Of a stretch of DNA of 64,000 nucleotides, positions 13,754 to 25,398 are shown piece after piece. A model generated the notes under the pieces. It was not told the DNA's origin. It searched no databases and saw only the letters and a list, made by a program, of their open reading frames with translations. A program made the translations under genes and the position numbers. Position 1 is the stretch's first letter, and every line of letters begins with the position of its first letter. The DNA comes from the human T2T-CHM13v2.0 reference genome, Homo sapiens. The stretch lies in assembly GCF_009914755.1 (NCBI RefSeq), contig NC_060948.1; one strand, written 5' to 3'.

Positions 13754-14640
13754 AACAACACATTTTGAGCATGCTCTTCTTAAGAGTTGGAAGACATAAT
13801 ATTGTGATGTGTCCATGCTTCTTCGTGGCTTAATGTAACCCACATATAAAACATGACCCTTTTCAGTTTTAAATTTGAGTTTTCCAAAAATAGAAAAAAA
13901 TTCACAAAATTATGTAAGATCTTAAGGGACCACGGAAAGCCTGACAAACTTTAAAAAGAAGAAAAATATTAGAAGCATTACACATAATAATTTCCAAACA
14001 CACACATACAAAAATCTAGAGTAATCAAAGCACTTTGGCACTGGTAGAATAAAGGTAGAATACGAAGTAATGAAATAGAATGCAGCACAAACATATACTC
14101 TTGCATAGAGAGGAGAGATATGTCACCTAGCTTTTACATTCAGCCGTATGTCACAATTCTTTTGGGCTGAGGATGCAGGCAAGAGAGGAGGGTTACATTA
14201 CTTGGACATTAGTTTCAGTGGTATTTCAAAATGTTCTCTGGGGGCAGGGCACAGGCAGGAGAGACAAACCACGCATCTGATAGACCCAGATAGTTGTGAT
14301 TATATCCCCTGTTACCAGGGCCCAGGCAGAAGAGGCACATTATTATGATTCTGACCTAGCGATATGTAACAATGCACCCATGGAAAGTAATTTGAGGCAA
14401 AAAGTCTCAATACCACGATACTAGGCCAGTGATATGACACCATCCCTTCATCTTTGAGGATGACTTTAACCTTTAGCTGAGCATGTATATTAGAGTCACA
14501 ATCTCACGTGTGTGCTGGACCAATGTATTACACTCTCAAAAACATCTAAGGGCTTTATAAAACCCGTGTGAGAGTTTCAAACCTCTCTGAGGCCTATTTG
14601 CTCATATGGACTCACGGTCTTACCTATCATCCTAAACTGA

Positions 14641-15023
<383 letters not shown>

Positions 15024-18000
15024 AGGAACACCTATTATTATGCCTGTGGGCTCGGTTCAGAAATAAGTCACCATCCCATCTGTGTCCAGATCCAAATAAA
15101 AAAAAAAAAGGTCCAATTTCAAATTTGTGATGTATTCCCTCATTAGACTCAGAACTTCTACAGTGGGCATTATAAATGTGGGATGGTGACAACTTTTAAT
15201 TTCATCTGGGTGTGTAAATGAGAGTCCCATTCTGAACTTTTTGCCAGGCCCTGTTATAAAGCTCTCTACCAGCAGAGTTTATACAATATAAGTTAGTGTT
15301 GTAGACTTCTGTGAGCTTGGAAAAATATGCAACCCAGGACCTTACTTATTGCCCTAAGCCTAACACTGAGAGGCAAAAGATTTTTTAATTGGCTGAATCC
15401 AAATATAAGTTTAATCATTATGCCTGTGAACTGAAGAAAGGCATATGTCATAATCCCATATATGAGCAAAAAACTAGGCAGAAGGGTAACATCACTTAGA
15501 CGCTTTGCCAGGCAATATGTAACAATGCTTTTTCCATGTCTGGTATAAGAAATTGGGTCAAATTAACTGGGTGCTGGACCCATCATTATGACACCATCCC
15601 ACATGCAGAAAAAACCCAGTCAAGTTATGAGAGCCAAAACACCTAGATAATGGACTTAAGATATGTCAAAATACCTTCATTGGCTCAAGAACGGGCAGGA
15701 GAGTCACATCATAAGGGTGCTTGGCCCAGCAATATGCCATATGTCATAATTTTCTCTCTATGCAGAACCAAGGTTGTAGAGTGACATCATCTGGGCTATG
15801 GACCCTGGAATAGGTCAAAATTTCATTTATTGTGGCATAATTCAGGAAAAAAGGGAGAGTCACATATTGTGAGTGCTGGGCTTAGTAATGTGCCCAAATC
15901 CTCCTACTGTGAATGCCCAGGCAGAAAAAGAGTCACATCACTTAGGTCATGGGCTCAGAGATATGTCACAATGTCCCCAGGATGCAGGACTCAGGCAGAT
16001 GACAAGAGCCGTATCACTTATGTTCTTTCCATGGAATATGTCACAGGTAATATGTGGTCAGAAAGCAGGCAGAATAGCCACATCACTTGGGTGCTGGGTC
16101 CTGAGATATAGCACAAGGCTCTCTTAAAACAGCCCCCAGCAGAGAGAGCTACATCACCTAGGTGCAGTTTCTCTGCTTATGCCACAATGTTCCATGTGGG
16201 TAGGGCCCAAAAAAGGAGTCACTTCACCTAGGAGATAGGTCCAGAGATATATCACAATGTCCTCTATGAAGCATAGCCCTGGCAAAAGAGTACTACTACT
16301 TATGTGCATGGCCAAGAAATATTTCACCTCGAGGTTGGCAGGTCCCAAGCAGGAGAGCCACATCTCCTAGGTGATAGGTCCAGAGTTATGTCAAAATGCC
16401 CTCCTTTGGGCAAGGCTCTGCCAAAAGAGTATCCTTGCCTGTGGGCCTGGCCTTGCAATATGTCACTATCCTTCCTTTGTGCACGGCCCATTCCAGAGAA
16501 AGGAGTTACATCACCTATGAGGTGGACACAGAAATATGTCACTATAATTTGGGTGGGCATGGCACAGGCAAGAATGTAACATTACTTGGGTGCTAGATCC
16601 AGTGATATATCACAATCCTTACTGAGAGAGGGGCCTGTGAAGGAGAGTCATATCACTTAGAGTTTGGCCTAAGTAGATATCAGAATCCCATATATGGACT
16701 AGGACCACCCTGGAGACTCAAATTACACAGGAGCTTGGCAAAAATTTATATCAAAATCACATTTTCAGAAAATTCCAAAGGTGAGATTTACAATACCACA
16801 CATCTTGCTTTTATGTGTGACAACTGGCTTAATCCTTGTGAAATAATGACAGTCCTTACACACGGCTCGGTGTGTATACAGGACTCACAATTTCACCTGT
16901 GTGCCAAGCCCTGCTTTGATGCTGTCTGTATAAACTAAAGACCTTGTAAAATATGTGGAGTGTTGTAATCTCTTGTGATCTTTGCAGAAAAAGGAGATCC
17001 AAGACATCACGCATGTCCCTAAAGTTAGTTATGAGTCAAAATATTTTCTATTGGCTGAGCCCACATATGAGAGTCATAATTCCTGTGAGCCATGCCTAGT
17101 ATATGCTACAATTCCCTCTGTGGTTATGAAGCAGGCAGAACAGCCACATCACCTAAATACTGGGCTAGAAATATTTCAATATTCTCTTAATAGGCAGGGT
17201 ACTGTCAGAAATTTTACATAACTTGTGTTCTAGGTTCAGCTATGTGGTACAATGTCATTTGTAGCAGTATCGAGGCAGGAGGGGAGAGTTATATGACCTA
17301 AATCGTGGGCCCAAATATATGTCACAGTGCCTCATTTTGGCAGGGCCCAAGCAAGAAATTCATATCATTTGGATACAGTGTTTAGAAAAGCTACAATTAC
17401 CAAAGGAAGCAGGGTCCAGGCAGGAAAGGAGAGGCATGTAAGCTATAATATGTGTCCAGAAATATGTTAACAATTCCCCCCTGCGGACACTGTTAAGATA
17501 ACACAAGCAATCATTAATATGTGCGGCACAGTTATTTGTCAAAATCTCATTTATGGGCTATACAGAGGCAGAAATACTAAGTCAGTCAGCAGCTGGGCAA
17601 AAGTACTTGTCACAATTACCAGGCATATGAGTTGTTATTAGACTTTTGTAATTTTCTCTGGTATATTGCATAATATCAACTGTGGCCATAGAGAAGGCAA
17701 GAAAGTCACGTCACCTATGTGGAGGTGGCACCAGTGAGATGTCACAATCCACCTTCTGGGCAGGACCCTGGCAGAAAAGCCACATCACCTTTATGCTGAC
17801 TGCAGTGACATATCCAAATCCCGTCTGTGGGCAGGACTGTAGCAAGAGAGGACACTCATTTGACCTAAGGAATTTATCTAGATATGTCTCACAATGTCTT
17901 TGATGTGCAGTACCAATGTTAGAGAGTGCCTTCACATTGTTTCTGGGTCCAGCAACAGGCCACAATCTCCGTGTGGTCAGGGCCTAAGCAAAAGTGAAGA

Positions 18001-18672
18001 AACATCACCTACATGCTGAGCCAAGTGATGTGTTACATCACTTCCTGTTGGCAGAACCCAAAAAGGAGAATCACATCACCTGTGTGCAGTACCCACTTCT
18101 GTGTCACAGTGCACTGTAAATGAAGGACCCAGGCAGCAGAAGGGATTCACATCACTTCCATGATGGGCTCAGATATGGCCCAATGTCACAAGTAGCCAAG
18201 GCTCAGGCAGAAAGAGAGAGTCATATTACATAGGTGCTTCTTTTTGCATATATCACAAATTAATATGTGGGCAGAAACCAGGCTAAAGAGCCACATCATC
18301 TGGTCCTGGGCCCTGACATGTTCATAAGTCCCCCTTAGAACAGGACCCAGACAAGAGAGTTATATCACCTAGGTGCAGATTCCACCCTTATATCACAAAG
18401 ATCCATGTGGACAAGGCAAAGCAAGAAGTCATATAATCTAGGTGATAGGCTCAGAGATATGTCATAAAGCCTTCTTTAAAGCATGGCCCTGGCAAAAGAG
18501 TACAATCACTTTTGTGCCTGGCCTGGCAATGTGTCACTATTCAAGTGGGCAGGTCCCAAGCAGAAGAGCCATATCACCTACATGATAGGCCTATGATATG
18601 TCAAAATGCCCTCTTGTTACATGACCCTGGCATCCTCTTCTAAGTGATGGACACAGTGAAATGTCACAATGA

Positions 18673-19653
18673 TGTTGAGGGAAATCAGGGACCCCGAACA
18701 GAGGGACTGGCTGAAGCCATGGCAGAAGAACATAAATTGTGAAGATTTCATGGACATTTATTACTTCCCCAATCAATACTTTTACAATTTCCTATGCCTG
18801 CCTTTACTTTAATCTCTTAATCCCATCATCTTCATAAGCTGAGGATGTATGTCACCTTAGGACCCTGTGATGATTGCATTACCTGCACAAAATGTTTGTA
18901 GGGCAGGTGTGTTTGAACAATATGAAATCTGGGCACCTTAAGAACAGGGTAACAGCGATTTTCAGGGAACAAGGGAGATAACCTTAAAGTCTGGCGGCCT
19001 GTGGGCTGGGCAGGACAGAGCCATATTTCTCTTATTACTGAAAACGGGTAAGATAAATACCGCTGAATTCTTTCCCCAGTAAGGAATATTAATAATTAAC
19101 AGCCCTGGGAAAAGAATGCATTCCCAGGGGGGAACATCTAAAATGGACACCCTAGGAGTGTCTGCCTTATGCAGATATAGATAGGGATGAAATACACCCT
19201 AGTCTCCAGCAGCATCCCCAGGCGTGCTAGGATTAGGACATGCCAGCCTGGCAAAATCTAGTCAGACCGGTTCTCTGCCCTTGAACCCTGTTAAGATGAC
19301 AATGCGTGCACAGCTGGACATGGACGTTCATTAGTGATTCTAATGTTGCCCTGATCTCATGATCTCACCCCGACCTTCTGCCTTGTGATCTTTTGTTGAC
19401 CTTGAAGCATGTGATCTCTGTGACCCACACCCTATTCATACACTCCCTCCCCTTTGAAAATTGCTAATAAAACCTTGCTGGTTTTATGGCTCAGGGGGCA
19501 TCAGGGAACCTGCCGACGTCTGATGTCTCCCCCGGATACCCAGCTTTAAAATTTGTCTCTTTTGTACTCTTTCCCTTTATTTGTCAGACCAGCCAACACT
19601 TAGGGAAATAGAAAAGAACCTACGTGAAATAACATTGAATTATCGGGGGTGGG
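18673..19653 (+). mobile_element. MER11 (HERV-K11/HML-8) solo LTR, 3' terminal bases lost
   Basis: Begins tgttgagggaaatcagggaccccgaacagagggactggctgaagccatggcagaagaacataaattgtgaagatttcatggac (MER11B/C-type 5' end). aataaa at ~19466. Ends gaacctacgtgaaata...atcgggggtggg. Confidence 0.88.
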
Positions 19654-22600
19654 CATAGTGCAGCAAGAATGTAACATCACCTGGGTGCTGGATCCAGTGA
19701 TGTCACAATTCTTATTGAGAGCACAGCCCAGGCGGAAGTGTCACATCACTTGAAAATTGGCCCAGGTAGATATCAAAATTCCATATATAGGCTGGACCCA
19801 ATCTGAAGAGTGAAATTACACAGGTGCTTGGGAAAGATTTATATCACATTCACAATGGAATTAAATTCTAGGAATTAGATTTACAATGCCACACATGTCC
19901 TCTTTTTATGTAGGATAGTTGCTTTCATTCATCTTTGATGTTGAAAGCCCTTACTGTTATTTGGGTGTGCATATGAGACTCATAGTTTTCTCTGTCTGCT
20001 AGGCATTATTATGACACTCTATATAACCCAAGGTTGTTATAAATTATGTGTGTTTGTTATGATTTTCTGTGAGCTTTTTACCAGATGAAGGTCCTTAACA
20101 TCACTCATGTCTCAAAATCTTGTGACAAAAGTCAAAATTTACCTTATTGCCTGGGTTCCCATATTAGAGTCATTATCATGCCTGTTAGCTGTACCTAGGT
20201 AAATGTCATCATTACCTCTGTGGTTATTAAACAGACAGGACAGTCACATCACCTAAATTTTAAGTCAGAATTATTCCAATATTCTCTTTGAAGGCAAGAC
20301 ACTAACAGAAAATTCACAAAACTTGGGTTTTAAGCAAAGCCCTATGGCATAATACCCCTTGTGGAGAATGCCCAGGAAGGAGAGTAGAGTCATGTCACCT
20401 AAATCATGGCCCCAGAGATATGTCACAATGCCTCCTGTTGAAAAGGGCCCATGCAATAGAATTGTGTCATTTGGATCCAGTGCATAGAAATGCTAAAATC
20501 TTCACTAGAATCAGGATTCAGGCAGGAGAGGAGAGACACACAACCTAGAGGATGAATCCAGCAATATGTTATGATCCCTTCTGAGGACACTGTTAAAACA
20601 TGAGAGTCAAATCATCACGCTTTTGTCCAGGTATATGTCAAAATGTCATCTGTTAGCTATAACTGAGTAGGATTATTAAATCACTCAGGAGATTGGCAAA
20701 GGAAAGTGTCACAATAACACCTATAAAAAGTTTCAGGCTCCAGGTGCAATGGTCGTTATTAGGCCTTTGATCTGCTCTCACATATATGACACAATATAAC
20801 CTGTGAACATGGAGAAAAAAGGAAATTCTCATCACCTGAGTGGATGCTTGTCTAGTTGAATGTCACAATCCTTGCTGTGTACAGGCCTCTAGAAGAAGAG
20901 TCACTTAACCCGGATGTTGGTTTCAGTGATATATCTAAAACCCCCTGTGGGCAGGGCTTAGGCAGGAGAGGACACAAACCTCACCTAGGCAATTGGCTTG
21001 GGTATATGTCACAATGGCCCCTATGTTTATGACCAAGGCAGGAGAGTGAACTCACCTTGTGCTGGTTTCACCTATATGTCACCATCTCTCTGGTGGTCAG
21101 GGCTCAGTCAAGAGAGAAGAAACATCACCTAGGTGCTGAGCCAAGTGATATATTATACAGTTTTTATATTGGTAGAATCTACCCCCTCCAAACAAAGGGT
21201 CCCATCACATGGGTGCAGTACCCAGTTATGTGTAACAATGCACTAGAAGTGCAAGGCCAAGGCAGTAGAAGGAAGTCACATCACTTATATGATGGACCTT
21301 GATGAAAGCCACAGTGCTCTTTGTAGGCAAGCTTCCGGCCAAGGTTTTGCATCAGCTGGGTGCTTCTTTCAGGGATATGTAAAGATGTCCTTGGTCCCTC
21401 TGCCAAAGAAGATATCATATATTGCTTAGGTGCTTAGCACACATATGTCACAATCCGAACTGTGCTGTGGGCCTAGAAAGGAGATTCAAAACAGTCAGAT
21501 ACTGGGCAAAGTCATACTTCTAAAGCACACACTCGAAAATGTTCAGAAATACATTTCATAGTCCCACACAAGTCCTGCCTTCGGGTGTAAGAGTCAACAT
21601 CTCCTGTGAGTTGGGTCGAAGTACAGACATCAGAGTCTCAACAATGGGCAAGATGCATGTATAAGAGCCCCAATCCCACTTGAAGATTGTGCTCCACTAG
21701 TAGATTCAAAGCACCACAGGCTTGCTGAATCATCGTTCAAATGCCACCAAACCAACTGCGGATCAGATTCATGTATGAGAGTTACAATTTTAAGATTTCA
21801 ACTGCTTATGTGTGTGAAATTTAGTACCTCATTTGTAGGCTCTGTTTATGTATGAGAATGAAAATCGTGTCAGCTGGGTGTGCATCCAAGACTCAAAATA
21901 GCACCTGGTTGTTGGTGCCTGTTATGAAACTCTTTGTACCACTCATGATTTATGTGATATACCTGAGTAGCACAGTTTTCTCTGAATTGTTACAGGTGGG
22001 AGGTCTCAGAATTTATCCATGGCCATAAGACTGGCAACGAGAACCAAAATATCTCCCTTGGCTGCGTCAACGTTTGAAAGTTTTTGTTACACATATGAAC
22101 TGATTTCATGAGTAAGTCCCAATTTTATGTTTGGGCAGAGACAAGACAGTAGAATCACATCATCTGGGTCCTTAGCCAGGCATACCTTATAATCTCCTCT
22201 GTAGGCACAACCCAGACCGGAGGCTTATATCACTTGGGTACAATCTCAAATAATATGTCATCATGCCCACTGTATACATGGTTGAAAAAATAGTGGATAG
22301 TCACACCTCCAGGTGCCATGTTCAACAACATATTAAAATTCCCTCTCTTGACAGAGTACATAACAAAGGGTACTGTCACATCATCTAGGTTTTATACTCA
22401 GTGGTATGTCACAATTTCTTCAGTGGGCAGGATCCAGGCAGCAGAGGAGATTCGCTTTATCTAGATGTTGTATCTAGCAATATGTCACAGTGTCCCCTGT
22501 GGGCAGGGCACTGGGAGGAGAGACACATCACCTACCTGATAGACCCAGAGATATGTGATAATATCCCCTGGTGCCAGGGTCCAAGCGGAAGAGTCACCTT

Positions 22601-25311
22601 TTCATCATTTTAACCCAGTGATGTGTCACAATGCACCCATGGTAAAGAATTTAAGCCGAAAATTCTCAACACCTAGGAGTACTGGGCCTAGAGATATGAC
22701 ACAATCTCTTCATCTTTTAGGGTGACACCTTTAAGGGCTAGCTTGGTGTGTATGTGAGAGTCACAATCTCATGTGTTTTCTAGATCATCGTATGACACAT
22801 TCTGCAGCATCCGAAGGCTTTATGCAACATGCATAAGAGTAGCAACCTACTCTAAGGCATACATGCTCGTATTGACTCATAATCTTATATACTGCTTTAA
22901 ACCCAGTTATGATAGTCAGCATCTCTCTTATAGACTGGGTTCAGATGGGAGACTGATTATTATGCCTGTGATCTGGGTCCAGAAATGAGCCACCATCTCA
23001 TCTGTAGCAAGATACATATATGAAAGTCAAAATTCCATCTTTGTTCTTTATTTACTTGTTATACTCAGTACTTTGACAGTGGCCTCTGTAAATGTGGGAT
23101 GGTGATAACTTTTGCTCTCACCTGCATGTGAAACCAAGAATCATGATCTTAACCTTTTGCTGGGCCTTGTCCTAATAAGTTTATAGAATATGAGTTAGTG
23201 TTGTAACATTCTGTGAGTTTTGTACAAATATGCAACTCATAACCTTACCTATTGCCATAAGCATAGTGATGAGAGGCAACATATCTATTATTGGTGTAAT
23301 CCCAATTAAAATTTGACCATCATCCCTCTGAATAGAAGGAATGTAAATTTAATAATCCAATTTGTAGGAAAAAACTTGACAAGAAGGTAGCACAATTTAG
23401 GTATTGTGCCAAGCAATGTGTCACAATGCCCTCTCTAGGCAGGGTGTAGAAATGGGGGTTACATTAACTGGGTGCTAGACCCAGCAATATAACACAATCC
23501 CGAATATGGAAGAAAAACAGATAAATCATGAGAGCAAACACACCTACAACATGGGACCAAGATATGCTAAAATACTTTCTGTTGCTGTGGCACAGGCAGG
23601 AACTTACATCATCGGGGTTGGGGGCCCAACTGTATGCCATAATTCTCTGTGAAGGACCAAGGCAGCAGAGGAACATCATCTGGGTGCTGGGCCCAGCAAT
23701 ATGTCAGAATTCCTTTTCACGGGCACAGTTTGGGAAAAAAGGAAGAGTCATATCTCCTAAGTATCAAGCTTAGCAATATTTCACATTACCTCATCGTAAA
23801 GTCTCTGGCAGAAAAGCAGGGTCACATCACCTAGGACAGGAGCTCAGATATATGGCCAAATATTCCAAGTAGGCAGGGCTCAAGCAGAAGAGAAGAGTCA
23901 TAACACATATCATATAGGTGCTTCCCTAGGTATATGACACAGTCTTACATGTGGGGTGAAAGCAGGCAAAAGAGCTACATCACGTTGATGCTGGATTCTG
24001 AGCTATCTCACAAGGTCCCCTTAGGACAGGACCCAGGCAAGAGAGTTAGAGCAAATAGGTGCAGTTTTTGCCCCTATGTTTCAATGCTCTATGTTGGCAG
24101 GACCCAGGCAGGGAGTCACATCACCTAAGTGATAGGGCCAGAGATATTTCACAATATCCCCCTGAGACTTGGCCCTGGTGAAAGAATAACAATACATTTG
24201 TGCCTAGCCTAGCAACATGTCACTATACAGGTAAGCATGACCCAAGCGGTAGAGCAAAATCCCCTATGTGAAGACCCAGAAATTTGTCATAATGCCCTTT
24301 TTAGGACATGGCCCTAGCAAAAGAGTATCATCAGCTTTGTGCCTGGCCCAACTGTATGTTACTGCCCCTGACAGTGCACAGGGACCATTCTAATGAGGAG
24401 ATTTATGTGACCTAAGTTGTTGACACAGTGATATGTCACAGTGATTTCTGTAGGCAGGGCTCAGGCAAAAATGTAACATGACCAGGGTGCTGGATCTAGT
24501 GGTATGTCATGATTCTTACTGACAGCAAGGCTCAGGCAGGACAGTCACATCACCTGGAGGTTATTCAAGGTACATATCACAATTACATATGTGGGATGAA
24601 AAAAGTTTGGAGAGTCCAATCACAAGGTACTCGGCAAATATTTATCTCACACTTACAGAAAATTCCCAGGATGAGATTTACAATCCCACACATATCCTGT
24701 TTTCAGGAGTGACATGTGGCTTCATATATATGAGATGGTGACAGTCTTTACTGCCAGCTGAGTGTGTGTATGAGACTCACCATGCACTCTCTGTATTCTG
24801 TTATCACACTCTCTGTTGTATTCTGTTATTGCACTCTCTGTACAAGCCAAGGGCTTTATAAAATTTCTGAGGCTATTATAATCTTCTGTGGCCTTTTTTT
24901 AAAGCAGAGAGATTCAATCACTCATGTTTCTAAAGCAAGTAGTGAGAGTCAAAATTACTCCTATTTGTGGGGTATGAGAGTCATTATTATGCCTGTGAGT
25001 TGTGCCTAGTTATATATCACAATTTACTCTGTGGTAATGAAGCAGGTGTGACTGCCAAGTCACCTAACTATTGAACAAGAATTTTTCAAATATTCTACTT
25101 GTAGAAAAGTTCCTGGACGAAAAGTTGCATAACTTGGGGGTGTCAACCAGATGTATGACACAATGCCCCTTTTAAGCAGTGTCTAGGCAGAAGAGGAGAG
25201 TCATATAACTTAAATTATTGGCCGAGAGATGTGCAACCATGCCTTCTGTTGAAGGAACCAGTCAGGAGAGTCATGTCATTTGCATGCAGTGCTTAGAAAT
25301 GCTACAATCCC

Positions 25312-25398
25312 CAAGGCAGAGGTTGCAATGAGCTAAGATCACACCACTGCACTCCAGCCTAGGTAACAAAAAAAGAAAGAAAAGAAAAGAAAAGAAAA
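25312..25398 (+). mobile_element. Severely 5'-truncated Alu with 15-bp TSD
   Basis: ggcagaggttgcaatgagctaagatcacaccactgcactccagcc plus (GAAAA)n tail. TSD aaatgctacaatccc at 25297-25311 and 25399-25413. Confidence 0.92.

Larger units (their letters stand above)
12951..14104 (+). mobile_element. Continuation of decayed L1M-type remnant (ORF2-derived), interrupted by an Alu
   Basis: EN-region-like sequence (gacagcaatataataatgg, cacacattcttttcaatagc) and late-ORF2-like gtaatcaaagcactttggcactggta. Inverted paralog at 56160-56299 plus 61230-62540. Confidence 0.55.
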
